From Candidatus Bathyarchaeota archaeon (GTDB lineage Archaea > Thermoproteota > Bathyarchaeia > Bathyarchaeales > Bathycorpusculaceae), in the NCBI GenBank assembly GCA_963770935.1, contig CAVYRJ010000001.1:96001-160000 (forward strand): 64,000 nucleotides of DNA. Direction: 5' to 3'. A model generated the notes under the pieces. It was not told where the DNA came from and did not search any database. It saw only the letters and a list, made by a program, of their open reading frames with translations. Below, in pieces: positions 41,723 to 52,600 of the stretch (within the stretch, counting starts at the first letter, position 1; every line of letters starts with the position of its first letter). The position numbers and the translations under genes are program-made.

Positions 41723-42238
41723 ATGTCACGTATACCTTTACCCTACAATACAAAAGTTATGGATTTATTCCAACATCCAAAGAATCTTGGAAAAATGGAA
41801 GATGCGACAGTCGTAGCCGTCGCAGGAAATCCTGCATGCGGGGATATGATTACCTTCTACCTGAAAATCGACGAAGCAAAACAAGTCATCGAGAAAGCAA
41901 GTTTTGAAAGCTATGGCTGCGCAGCCAACATCGCTACCTCCAGCATTGTTACCGAAATGATAAAATGCTTGACACTCGAAAACGCATGGAACAACATAAC
42001 CTGGAAAAAAGTCACCGAAGAAATCGGCGGCTTACCAGCTGTCAAGTTCCACTGCGGAGTCCTCGCCGTCGGAGCCCTCAAACGCGCAATAAGACAATAC
42101 TTCATTCAGAAGAAAGTTGAAGCACCTATCTGGTTACCAAGTGAACACACTTTTGAGGAAAAGCAGGCGTTAGAGGAAGAGGAACTGGCAAAGACACTCT
42201 CTAAGAGGCTAAAACCTGAGGCAGAAAAACAATCATAG
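41723..42238 (+). CDS. iscU: Fe-S cluster scaffold IscU/NifU-N
   Basis: PKNLG, GNPACGD, GCAAN and KFHC. Confidence 0.92.
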   Translation: MSRIPLPYNTKVMDLFQHPKNLGKMEDATVVAVAGNPACGDMITFYLKIDEAKQVIEKASFESYGCAANIATSSIVTEMIKCLTLENAWNNITWKKVTEEIGGLPAVKFHCGVLAVGALKRAIRQYFIQKKVEAPIWLPSEHTFEEKQALEEEELAKTLSKRLKPEAEKQS

Positions 42239-43472
42239 ATTCTCAAGCAATCAGGCAAGACTTCCCCATTTTACAAAGGCAAGTCAACGGCAACCCATTA
42301 ATCTACTTTGACAACGCGGCGACAACCCAGAAACCCCGCCAAGTCATCGACGCCATGATAGATTTCTACCTGAACCACAACGGAAACGTCCACCGAGCCG
42401 TCCACACCCTGTCTTTGGAGGCAACTGACCTCTACGAGAAGTCTCGGGAATCAATCGTAGAATTCATCAACGCCAAATCCGCATCTGAAGTAGTTTTTGT
42501 TAAGGGCACAACTGAAGCAATCAACTTGGTTGCTTATTCTTTGGGCTGCAGCAGTCTGGGTAGAGGCGACGAAGTTCTGGTTTCGCTTATGGAGCACCAC
42601 AGCAACATTGTGCCCTGGGAAATCATATCTAAATGCAGAGGCTTCTCAATCAAATACGCTAACGTCCACGACGACGGAACATTGGACTACGATGATTTTG
42701 AGAGCAAAATAAGCGGCAAAACCAGAATCGCCTGTCTAAGCCACGTTTCAAACGTCACAGGCGTCATCAACGACGTAAAACGAATCGCAAAGGCTGCGCA
42801 CGACAACGGCGCCTTGATGCTTGTGGATGGTGCCCAATCGGTGCCGCATATGAAGGTTGATGTTCAAGATTTAGGCATGGATTTCCTAGCTTTTTCAGGA
42901 CACAAAATGCTTGGACCAACAGGCATCGGAGTTCTATATGGAAAGAAGGACGTGCTGGAAAAGATGCCTCCGTTTATGGGCGGCGGCGAAATGATAAAAG
43001 AAGTTTCCTACAGTCAAACTCAGGGACAATGCAACGTCTCTTGGAATGAGTTGCCTTGGAAGTTTGAGGCGGGCACCCCAAACACTGGTGGAGCAATCGG
43101 ATTAGGCGCTGCAGTGAATTACCTTGAAGGTTTAGGCATGGATAACGTTTTGAGCCACGAGAAAGCTTTAACTGAATACGCGACCAAACGCATGAAGGAA
43201 TGCAGTAAAATTTCAATGTTATGGACCAACCAATCTTTCTCAATAAGCTTGGAATCATACCGTTTGGTGTTGACGGCTTATCGTCTCATGACGTCGCATT
43301 ATTCTTGGATAATTACGGTGTGATGATGCGTAGCGGTTTCCATTGTGCGCAACCCTTGCATGAGACGGTTCTTAAACTGCAATCTTCGGCGAGGGCAAGC
43401 TTTTACGTCTACAACACGGAAGAAGAAGTTGATCGCTTCATCGAAGTCCTGAAGGAGCTTGAGCAACTCTAA
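42235..43472 (+). CDS. sufS: Cysteine desulfurase SufS (group II); start unclear, frameshift near 43220
   Basis: The frame is open upstream of the called ATG and reads IDSQAIRQDFPIL...YFDNAATTQKP. Also EHHSN, DGAQ, SGHKMLGPTG, EAGTP, and RSGFHCA in the shifted frame. Confidence 0.9.
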
Positions 43473-43742
43473 TGGCAACCATCGACGACTACGTGTCACG
43501 TGTCGAAGGAACCTGCGGAGCAGAAAAAGACGTCATTGTAGTATTCAAATACGAAAAAAAAGACGAAGCAATCGCCAATATCCTCAAAAAAGCCTACACT
43601 CAAGAACAAGATTGCCGGGATAATTTTTGAGTTAACTTTTAAAGACACATCTTTTAGGCTTTACTCAAGCGGCAAAGCGATTTTCCGCAGCATCAAAAGT
43701 AAACGTGAACTCACGGATTACTTGGCTAAACTTTTACTGTAG
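43472..43742 (+). CDS. Small hypothetical protein coupled to sufS (frameshifted, absent from the ORF track)
   Basis: TAATG overlap. Reads MATIDDYVSRVEGTCGAEKDVIVVFKY..., then after an indel ...IIFELTFKDTSFRLYSSGKAIFRSIK...LLL*. Confidence 0.6.
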
Positions 43743-43850
43743 ATCACTTAAACAGAAAAAATTTGGAAGTGCCTATCGCTATTACCAACTCCAGAATGCT
43801 TAAATCATCTGGAGAGGAACAATTAACAATCCATTCAAGGATTAAGAGAA

Positions 43851-44594
43851 ATGCGTAAGCCCTTTGCAAGAACCTTAATAGTCGCCAAACAAAAAGGCAT
43901 TCGATCTGCACTAACCGTCAGCGCGGGCGAAATCAAGCGGCAGTTAAAATTATCTCGGAGCCTGTGGCGTTTCCGAATAATCAAGTCATGGAAGTCATTC
44001 ATATTCGACAACTGCAAATACCGATACTTCTATCATAAATACAACGTTACCTGGCAAAATGAGCGAACCGTAGAAGTTCCTATCGTTTGGGAAATCGTCA
44101 AGAAGCATCCTAACGCGCGGGTGCTTGAATTCGGAAATGTTCTACAACATTACCACAGGTTCCCCCATGACATCGTAGACAAATATGAGAAAGCCAAGGG
44201 AGTCATAAACAAAGATATAATCAATCTTGACCTTGAAAAAAAATACGATTTGATCATAAGCATTTCAACGTTGGAGCATGTGGGGTGGGATGAGAATCCC
44301 GATAGAAAGGACAAACTTAATGCTCCAGAGAAAACTCTGCAGGCTATAGGCAACTTAAAGCGGCACCTCAACTCTGGAGGCACTCTGGTTTTCACTTTTC
44401 CAGTCGGCGCCAACCCAAACCTTGACGCTCTAATGAAAAACCGCAGGGTAGGTTTCACTCAGATGTTCTATATGAAACGAATTTCAGCGGATAACCGTTG
44501 GAGACAAACAGATTGGGAGGACATCGAAAACAGCAAGTATGATGCGCCTTTTCCAGCCGCCAACGGCTTAGTCATCGGTATAATCAAAGTATAA
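43851..44594 (+). CDS. Class I SAM-dependent methyltransferase-like protein
   Basis: ERTVEVP, VLEFGN, YDLIISISTLEHVG and LNSGGTLVFTFP. Confidence 0.75.
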   Translation: MRKPFARTLIVAKQKGIRSALTVSAGEIKRQLKLSRSLWRFRIIKSWKSFIFDNCKYRYFYHKYNVTWQNERTVEVPIVWEIVKKHPNARVLEFGNVLQHYHRFPHDIVDKYEKAKGVINKDIINLDLEKKYDLIISISTLEHVGWDENPDRKDKLNAPEKTLQAIGNLKRHLNSGGTLVFTFPVGANPNLDALMKNRRVGFTQMFYMKRISADNRWRQTDWEDIENSKYDAPFPAANGLVIGIIKV

Positions 44595-44732
44595 CAAAGT
44601 CCACTGCAAATCCAGCTTATGTAGCTAAGCAAATGATGACTGCAAGTTTTGGGTTCATTATAATTATTTAACTTGGTGATACTAAACATTAAAAAATAGA
44701 GTAATACAGTCAATTCTTGATTTGAAGAGGGC

Positions 44733-45974
44733 TTGATTGATGTGAGAATCGCTATGCTGCATCCATCTCTAACCTGGAGAGGAGGCGCCGAAAGACAAAT
44801 CCTCATCTTGGCAACGGAACTGCAACGGAAAGGGCATCAAATAGAGATTTTCACATGTGCCCTCAACAACAGTTGCTTCCCTGAACTCGCAGACAAACTA
44901 AAAATAAACGTGGTAAAAACCCCATTCATCCAAGCAACCCCTAGCAGCACTCAAAAACGCACATTGAGCACTCGTCTAGCAGGTAGATTCCGAGGCTACA
45001 CCTCAGAACTGCCTTATATGATCTACATGGCTCAAAAAATCAGTAAGGACTTCGATTTGATCAACAATCACAATTCCCCAACAGAGTGGGCAGCATACTT
45101 CGCAAAAAGAAAACTCGACGCTCCCATCGTGTGGAACTGCAACGAGCCGCCCTTATGGTACTCTGATCCTAAACAGAGGCGGGGGCTGGGTAAAATCAAC
45201 CTACCGCTATATAGAGGATTCGACAAAATCGCAGTCAGCTACATCGACAACATAGTCGCCAATTCTGTTGCGGATAGCCAACGCATAGAGCGAGCTTATG
45301 GCAGAGCATCAATGATTGTTCGACCCGGCATCACCACCGACTTTTTCCATAGAGCTCAAGGCAAAAAGGCGCGCAGCCGATATGGATTGGAAAACAATTT
45401 TGTCCTCCTCCAAGTAGGCAACATCGCCCGAGACAAAGGGCAAAGTGACTCAATAACCGCCCTCCACTACCTCTCCAAAAATCACCGCAACGTCAAGTTG
45501 GTTTTGGTTGGTCAAGGCCCAAGAGACAAGCTGATTACGTTGAGCCGAAGATTGGGTGTAGAAGAAAAGGTTCTGTTTCTGCAGGATTGCTCTGATGAAG
45601 AGTTAGCTGACGTTTATGGCGCATGCGACGTGTTTGTTTTCCCTGCCCAGATAACGTGGGGGCTGGTTGTTATAGAGGCGATGGCAACGTCTAAACCAGT
45701 TGTTGTGTCAATAAAAGCTGGGGTTTCCGAAATCATCCAGAATGGCATGAATGGTTTTGTTTTCGATGAACCAAACGCTGCAAACATGGCTGCCTTGGTT
45801 GAAAAATTGATAGCTGACCCTGAGCTAAGCCGTAGAATAGGCGCTAACGCTTATGCGTATACCAAGGAAAACCTATCTTGGAAAAAATACGCTAAAAACA
45901 TGGAGAGGGTTTTCGAAAAAGCCGTAGACAGTTTTAAAAGCAATCGTAAAACGACGATTTATGTCGATCGCTAA
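44733..45974 (+). CDS. Glycosyltransferase family 4 (GT-B)
   Basis: GGAER, VGNIARDKGQ and WGLVVIEAMATSKPVV. Confidence 0.9.
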   Translation: MIDVRIAMLHPSLTWRGGAERQILILATELQRKGHQIEIFTCALNNSCFPELADKLKINVVKTPFIQATPSSTQKRTLSTRLAGRFRGYTSELPYMIYMAQKISKDFDLINNHNSPTEWAAYFAKRKLDAPIVWNCNEPPLWYSDPKQRRGLGKINLPLYRGFDKIAVSYIDNIVANSVADSQRIERAYGRASMIVRPGITTDFFHRAQGKKARSRYGLENNFVLLQVGNIARDKGQSDSITALHYLSKNHRNVKLVLVGQGPRDKLITLSRRLGVEEKVLFLQDCSDEELADVYGACDVFVFPAQITWGLVVIEAMATSKPVVVSIKAGVSEIIQNGMNGFVFDEPNAANMAALVEKLIADPELSRRIGANAYAYTKENLSWKKYAKNMERVFEKAVDSFKSNRKTTIYVDR

Positions 45975-46906
45975 AGGTCACGGATTGAATCCAAAACTTC
46001 TTCCCTGACACGGTAACTTGTAAATGAAGTATCCGCAATCAAATCTCTCACAACTTTTGGATGCTCCTCTAACTTAACCATGCCTAAAGCGTCCGGGTAG
46101 TGAAAATTCAGTTCTTTTCTGCGTATCTCAGCCGCCGCCCTCCAGAAGGCGGAGGGGTCATCTAAATGGTTTTTTAGGAGTTGGATGTCTTCTCTGAGGT
46201 TTTCAAGCCCAAACATTTCTATGTGCTTCTGGCATTTTTCAAGGTAATCGATTGGAAACAGCGACCAGTACCTGTAGAGGGGTTTTGCAAGGTAGATAGC
46301 TTTAGAGTGGGGTGATGAGATAGTGTTGGCATACGTCCATTCTATGCCTTTGTTAATGTATTGTCGCAGTCGACGCGGATGGGTTAGGGCTTTGCGGCAT
46401 TCTTGGTTGGTGAACGATTCGCTTGGGCCAAGTGTCCATGCATCGCAGACGGCCACGACGACGCCGATGTTTTTGGAGAAACGCAGACGAAAATCTTCAT
46501 AGAACTTGTAATCCTTTACTATATGAACAAAGGGTAAGCTGAAAGTGTTAATCTCTGGACGCATTTCAGGCAAGGCTTTGATGAATTCAACGCTATCTTC
46601 ATGCACAACCTCATTTGCTTGAACAGAGAAAATATAGTCACCACTGCATTTAGCTCTTACAAGATTGGTTACTTCTGCTATGACACTGTATTTTTTTGCG
46701 CTGGGCCACTGTTGCCTGAAAACTTTTATTTTCGGGTTTAGTTTAGCGATTTTTTCTAACACTTCAAACGTGCCGTCGGTAGAGTACCCTTCAGAAATCA
46801 GAAACTCATCGCAAATCTGCAAACTGGCGGCTATTGATTCCACAAAGGGATAACCAGTTTTCAGCACGTTTTTTAGCACCATAAATCCCGAGATCAGTGC
46901 AACCAC
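45971..46906 (-). CDS. Glycosyltransferase family 2-like
   Basis: ISGFMVLKN..GYPFVESI, STDGT and VQANEV. Confidence 0.8.
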   Translation of the reverse strand: MVALISGFMVLKNVLKTGYPFVESIAASLQICDEFLISEGYSTDGTFEVLEKIAKLNPKIKVFRQQWPSAKKYSVIAEVTNLVRAKCSGDYIFSVQANEVVHEDSVEFIKALPEMRPEINTFSLPFVHIVKDYKFYEDFRLRFSKNIGVVVAVCDAWTLGPSESFTNQECRKALTHPRRLRQYINKGIEWTYANTISSPHSKAIYLAKPLYRYWSLFPIDYLEKCQKHIEMFGLENLREDIQLLKNHLDDPSAFWRAAAEIRRKELNFHYPDALGMVKLEEHPKVVRDLIADTSFTSYRVREEVLDSIRDL

Positions 46907-46983
46907 AGTAAAGAGGTTTCAAGTGGGTGCTTATTAATTTACTTACAAAACGCTTGCAAAGCAAACCCCAAAATCAATGACCT

Positions 46984-48141
46984 TTAAACTCTGGTTTGCG
47001 TCTGCATCAGTGTGGCTGTGTTACTCCAAATATTCTGCTCAAAGTTTGCAGGCTTCAAGACAGCTATCTTATCCTGCAACTCCTTTTTCTTAAAGTTCCA
47101 ACGCGCAAAAAAGGGCGGTTTTAGCAACTGAGCTATTTTTCCGCGTAAGTCGTCTATGGTAGTCCAGCGGAACTCGGGAGGGATGAATTCTCCGCTTCCC
47201 CCGCTGTTATGAACAAGCGTTACGCATCCGCTTGCCAGTGCTTCCATGGGGGCAATACCGAAGTGCTCGCCCTCCATAAGGTGGCAATAGACTGTTGAGT
47301 TCTGTAGTATCTTTATTTTTTCGGTTTCAGGCAGGTTGGGTTTTAAGGTGAAGTTTGGGGGCAAGTCTTTTGAGAATGCATCAAACCATGCCTGTTCAGT
47401 ATCCCTAAGCAAGCCAATGCTGACAAACTGCAGCTGCGGAAAATCGGTTGCCAGTTGCTTTAGGATTTCATGTCTTTTCTGAGGAATAAAACGTGCAGTG
47501 TAAACCACGCGGTTAAATCTGTTCTCTAAGGGTTCATCTGACCAGAAGGGCGCTTCTACCGGAGGATAAGCAACAACTGACTCTTTGACTCCGAGTTTGC
47601 TCCAGTACTTCTGCGTCATATCCTTAGTGTAGCTGCTATTGCAGAACAGCAATCCAAACTCGGTTATGTGCCCCTCCAGCAGCCTCTTATAGAGCCAAAG
47701 GTACACTCGTCTGCTCCGTTTGGAGTGTTCATAGTCATAGTGGATTTCTGGGAAATGTACGTAGGCAATATTGTGTTGGCGTGTCTTCAGAAGTGTGGTT
47801 TCGAATGCTGAGATCATTTGGGTGCTGAACATGTAGTCATATTTTGCGGTGGCTTTGTAGGTTTTCAGCAGCTTGATAATGTTTCTCCGGCGCTTGTACA
47901 CCGAGAACGGCGGGTCTGCCTCAACAATTTCACGGTTGCCCAGCATATGCAGCGTTACTTCGGCAGGCAGTTTTTCACCTATGATTTCTGCATAGCGGTT
48001 TTGATTAAAATCAAACGATAGCAGCTCTACCTGCTGGCCATGCGCAATGAGGGCTTTGATTATGTGGTGGCAGACGCGTTCGCCGCCGCCATAAATGTCA
48101 ACGTTAGGGTGTACTGTAAGGAATTTTGCCACTGACGCCAT
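46984..48141 (-). CDS. GT4 glycosyltransferase, ALG11-like motifs
   Basis: HP...GGGERV, YVHFP, NSSYT, YPPV, EHFGIAPMEALASG and HNSGG. Confidence 0.85.
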   Translation of the reverse strand: MASVAKFLTVHPNVDIYGGGERVCHHIIKALIAHGQQVELLSFDFNQNRYAEIIGEKLPAEVTLHMLGNREIVEADPPFSVYKRRRNIIKLLKTYKATAKYDYMFSTQMISAFETTLLKTRQHNIAYVHFPEIHYDYEHSKRSRRVYLWLYKRLLEGHITEFGLLFCNSSYTKDMTQKYWSKLGVKESVVAYPPVEAPFWSDEPLENRFNRVVYTARFIPQKRHEILKQLATDFPQLQFVSIGLLRDTEQAWFDAFSKDLPPNFTLKPNLPETEKIKILQNSTVYCHLMEGEHFGIAPMEALASGCVTLVHNSGGSGEFIPPEFRWTTIDDLRGKIAQLLKPPFFARWNFKKKELQDKIAVLKPANFEQNIWSNTATLMQTQTRV

Positions 48142-48273
48142 CTCTTTTATGAATTAGGTTTATGTTCTAATCAAGATTTCGCTGGATACAAAAATGGGCG
48201 TCACTATTTGGGGGCATAAGGCATATTACATTAACAACCAAACGGGTACTATGCCTTAAACTAAGATGGTAAT

Positions 48274-49270
48274 ATGCACATTAACTTTAACAGTCTTGGG
48301 TTGAATCTCTCGGCTGGAACCCGATTCATTTTTGAATTAAAAAACATTTTGGTGGACTCAAGCCACCATGTAACGATTTACTCATCTTGGCGACAAAAAT
48401 GTTTACTCTTGGTAACCAGATGTGAAAGCCGAAGTCATTAACGTACCCAATGTACCTTTTAGTGTACCAGAACGGTTTATGCGGAAATTTTTTGGGCGCT
48501 TATTTTGCTGGGTGTGTCTATGGTAATCTGTTTGATAGAGAACGGCGGATAATGATGGAAATCCCCGACTGCAACGTCAACGTGGCAACCTTTAGTTTCA
48601 CCGCTTATCCCATGTACTATAGCCATAAAGGCAGAGGAGTTTATCTATTTCAACATTATGAAACATGGTTTTTCACAGATAAGCCTAGTCAGGAGAGGAA
48701 AAAGTTGACTTATTCACTTCCTCTAAATAAGCTGTGTGTTTCTCAATGGTTGACCGAAAAAGTCGGCGGAGTAAACATCGGCAATGGCGTCAACCTCAAA
48801 AAATTCAAGATGACTACTGAACCGAAGGTTTACGACGTCATGGTGATTAAACGGCGAAGCAATTGGAAAGGTGACTGTGACCCCGTAATCGACGTTCTCT
48901 CCAATGGCGGTTTAAAGGTTTTTGTTGTCAACGAGAAGCTCTCCGAAGAAGAGTTAATCAAGTCCTATAATGCGTCGCAACTTTTCCTATTTCTTAGCAA
49001 ACATGAAGGCGTCGGCTATCCCCATCTAGAGGCGATGGCTTGTGGAGTTCCCGTTGTCACCAGGTAATGCCTTGAATATGCAACCCATCTGCAGAACGCA
49101 TACGTACTAAACAGGCAATACACCAAAGAAGAGGTCTAAGCTACAGATCTTCAACTCCTAAAGGATGATAAACTATATGTCAAGCTAAGGAACGGTGGGC
49201 TTCAAACAGCCCGAAATATGATTCCCAAAAAGTAGTCCATAACTTCCTTGGGGAAATTTCAAGGCTATAA
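48274..49270 (+). pseudogene. Decayed GT4 glycosyltransferase
   Basis: GT4 motifs (QHYETWF, GNGV, HEGVGYPHLEAMACGVPV) broken by several frameshifts and in-frame stops (e.g. TAA at 49065-49067). Confidence 0.7.
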
Positions 49271-49271
49271 A

Positions 49272-50753
49272 TTAACTCCGTATTGCAAGCTTTACTCGTG
49301 CTTTGGTTCGGCTAACCCAGTTCACCGCGGGCAGCAGTGAGTATTTTATGGAATCGGGAAGGGCGTCTTTGAGTTCTCGGTGCAGCCCTAGCTCAATCGC
49401 CCACCGCCCTTTTGCAGTGAGGGGGATGTAGTAGCGGGTTACGGAATATTTGACAAAGCCGTTGTTCTCTTTAAACCTGTCAAGGGACGGGTGATTTCCT
49501 ATTCTTCCGTACATGAGCCATCGGTTGCCATTTGTTGTGCAGACTTCAAGCGCTTTTGCAAGCATCGCGTTGTTCACCGATTTATCAAGATGCCTTTGCA
49601 TAGTCAGTATGTTTGAAATTATGGCTATTTTGTCGCCATAAAGAATTTGGATGAACCCGACAAGTTCATCTCCGATATACGCCCCTATGAACGTGGATTT
49701 TTTGGCTGCATACATGTTGCTAGCTACAGTTTCAAGCGGTTCACCGTAGTGTGGAAAAGCACGTTCCTGCCGTATAGGTGTTTCATTGTAGATTTTCCAT
49801 ATGCCTTCAGCCAATTCGTCGCTGGCTTCAACAACCGAAACGGTCACGTAGTTTTTCTCGGCTTTACGAACCATGTTTCGTGTTTTCTTTCCTATGGAGC
49901 TCCACCAGTTCTGGTAATCCTTTATCTCTAGCAAAGCAATGTTATCATTGGTCCTTGTCCAAGATGGCGATGGATTAGAAATGGGGCAACACCAGCGTCG
50001 TTCAATAAAGGTAAAAATGTCTATACCTCTTCCGTCTAGCTTAAAAAATAAATCGTTGGTGGGAGTGACGCTTTTCTCGTATTCTCGATAGTCACGCGCA
50101 ATCTTGAAACCGAACTTCTTGCGTACGCTAATCGTATCGAGATCCGCGTCTGCTTCCAGGATGCTTTTTAGTGGTTCATAGTAAGGTCCTCTTCGGCTTC
50201 TGCCCGCTTGAAAAAGCCACTCAGGATGAACAGATACAACATAGCCTTTGCTGATCCACAATTCACCTTCCTTTTTAACTACTTCCATGTCTGCCTGAGC
50301 GCACAATGCATCCAAACTGTAAGTTTCAAATTCATGAAATGATTTTAGCAGAAAGTCACTTGGGATTTCAACTTGGCTCCCTCGGAGTTTACGATGCCAA
50401 AGTAACCTTGCAGCAACGCTTTTAGTGCCATGGACAGTGTAGTATTTTATTGTCCTTTGAGTTTGGTTTTCTAAAATTTTCCATTCTTTAAGAGCGTCGT
50501 TGGCTACGTGTAGACCTACTTCATGCTTTTCTGGATTTAACAACCAAAGCAGCCTCTTATCTGGAATTGTATAGGGAGTAAAAAACCAGTAAGCCTTCAC
50601 GTCTTTAGATGATTCATTAACCATTTTGGCGATAATACGTGCGTTCCTGAGATAATCTTTGGCGCTTTTGCTTTTGATTCCTAAAGCTACATAAAGAAAA
50701 CTTTTAGTTCTTGACCTGTAAGGGTAGTCAACATCGAATCTTAGCTTAATCAT
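49272..50753 (-). CDS. Polysaccharide-deacetylase-like domain fused to a GNAT/FemAB-like domain
   Basis: RFDVD, HEVGLH, VHG and VHPEW in the N-half; WWSSIGKKTRNMVRKAEK and SLDRFKENNGF in the C-half. Confidence 0.65.
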   Translation of the reverse strand: MIKLRFDVDYPYRSRTKSFLYVALGIKSKSAKDYLRNARIIAKMVNESSKDVKAYWFFTPYTIPDKRLLWLLNPEKHEVGLHVANDALKEWKILENQTQRTIKYYTVHGTKSVAARLLWHRKLRGSQVEIPSDFLLKSFHEFETYSLDALCAQADMEVVKKEGELWISKGYVVSVHPEWLFQAGRSRRGPYYEPLKSILEADADLDTISVRKKFGFKIARDYREYEKSVTPTNDLFFKLDGRGIDIFTFIERRWCCPISNPSPSWTRTNDNIALLEIKDYQNWWSSIGKKTRNMVRKAEKNYVTVSVVEASDELAEGIWKIYNETPIRQERAFPHYGEPLETVASNMYAAKKSTFIGAYIGDELVGFIQILYGDKIAIISNILTMQRHLDKSVNNAMLAKALEVCTTNGNRWLMYGRIGNHPSLDRFKENNGFVKYSVTRYYIPLTAKGRWAIELGLHRELKDALPDSIKYSLLPAVNWVSRTKARVKLAIRS

Positions 50754-50922
50754 CGCTGTTCAATTGTCAACTAAGGGAGGCTATTTTAGTTATAAACCCT
50801 CTGCCATAAGTAATTGTTGTAAAATGTCTGTGAATTGGGGATTGGACAACACAGACGAAAAACCTGGTTTCACAACAAGGTTAATATAGAATTTTTTATT
50901 TATCGCCTTACTCTTTAAGCGG

Positions 50923-51620
50923 GTGGCTAATAGTCTGTTAAGAAAGGTGTTGAAGAATCCTCATCATCTTCCTCACTTCATATACTGGAAATCAAAGCAT
51001 TTTTTTATTCAAAGTTATTTTGCACTAAAACGTGGAACTAAAGCCTTCATTTTCAAGGGCGTGTTAACCATTATTACTGCAATAACCTCAAAATACCATG
51101 TGGAATAACTGAAGAATGATTGAATGTCTATTGTAGTTGAGATTATCAAGAACTGCAACGGAAAAATCTTAGAGGTCGGAAACCTTCTGTCTCATTATTA
51201 TCGTTTTACCTAGGATGGCTTGGATAAGTACGAAAAAGGGAGGCATGATTAATGAAGGCATGGTTGATTTCCACCCTTCTAAACGTTATGACGTTAGTGT
51301 GAGCATATCAACTTTAGAGCATATTGGTTGGGATGAAAAACCGAAAGACCTTAAAAAAGTCCTGAAGGCTATAGAAAATCAGAAAACGAATTTTTTAGCA
51401 TATGGAGGCATCATGGTTATTACCTCGCCTTTAGGTCTTAACCCAGAACTTGACGAGTTACTAAAGCAAGGTTGCTCTGATTTAGGAAAGCAATATTTCT
51501 TAAAAAGACTAACAAAGGAAAATTTATGGAAGGAAACAGAGCTAAAAGATGTTCAGGACGTAAAGTATAACACCCCATTCCCAAGAGGTAATGACAATAG
51601 TTGTATCAATCAAAAGATAA
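50923..51620 (+). pseudogene. Decayed paralog of the 43851-44594 methyltransferase-like gene
   Basis: Shares YDVSVSISTLEHIGWDE..., LKR...N.W and YNTPFP, but has several stops and indels between 51050 and 51240. Confidence 0.7.
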
Positions 51621-51686
51621 CTCAAAATCAAAAAGTTTTGGAAAAATTATCTAATGAAAAAACAAGCTTGAGAAGTGGATTCGTCG

Positions 51687-52514
51687 TCACATTCGTTTGA
51701 AGCAAAGTATTGAGATTTGTCGATCCTTTTCTTGCTCACCTTTTGCAATAATAAATCCTGAGTCTTTGAATTTCTGAATAAGTGCCTGTCTGATTTGTGG
51801 TGAATGTACTTCGACTATTATATATTCTAAGCGTAGGAGGATTTCTTTTGGCACATTAACCAAGGATATTTCGGCGCCTTCGCAATCAATTTTTGCAATC
51901 TCTGCCTGGCTTTCCGTGATAACTTTGGAAATATCCTTAATCTTGATTATCATCTTATTTGTCAATCCTTCCCTTTCCAAGCCGAAACAGTTGTCTTTAG
52001 AATCATAAGCAATTTCTAATTCTCCATCTCTATCGCCTATGCCTTCTCCGTGAATTTCAGCTTCCATTCCATTTAGCGAAACATTTTCTTCTATGAGCTT
52101 TAGATGTTCCAAAACTGGTTCGTATATTATGACTTTCCGTGCGCCTTTTGACCAAAAAAACACAGCGGACTCGCCCTCAAAACCACCGACATCTAAAACT
52201 ACTTTTCCATTGCAATTATAATTGTAAATGCCAGATTCAATTTCATCAAAGATGCAGATCATGACCAGTGATCCGACTAATTGAAATCGGTCAGTTTGTA
52301 TTTTGAATGTTTCGTTATTTACCTGTTTCAGATTATATTTTTTGACCAGAGCATAATTATCTCTCAGAAAACGAAACTGAGGCCAGGTTATCTTAAATTC
52401 GGTGCCGTTTGTGAAAGTCATTTTTTGTCTTTTTTTTGTGAATTTAGAAAAAAGGGCGCCTGACGGATTTTTGACAACTTTGAAAGTATCAATAATTCCT
52501 TTTAGGGTCACCAT
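51687..52514 (-). CDS. FkbM family methyltransferase
   Basis: VLDVGGFEGES, YEP, KIDCEGAE and VEVH. Confidence 0.88.
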   Translation of the reverse strand: MVTLKGIIDTFKVVKNPSGALFSKFTKKRQKMTFTNGTEFKITWPQFRFLRDNYALVKKYNLKQVNNETFKIQTDRFQLVGSLVMICIFDEIESGIYNYNCNGKVVLDVGGFEGESAVFFWSKGARKVIIYEPVLEHLKLIEENVSLNGMEAEIHGEGIGDRDGELEIAYDSKDNCFGLEREGLTNKMIIKIKDISKVITESQAEIAKIDCEGAEISLVNVPKEILLRLEYIIVEVHSPQIRQALIQKFKDSGFIIAKGEQEKDRQISILCFKRM

Positions 52515-52600
52515 TGTATTTCTTAACCGTAGAGGACATTAGAGATGGTAATAAAATTTTTCTAGGAAAACAATAATTTGCCGATCCCAAACTTTTTAAC

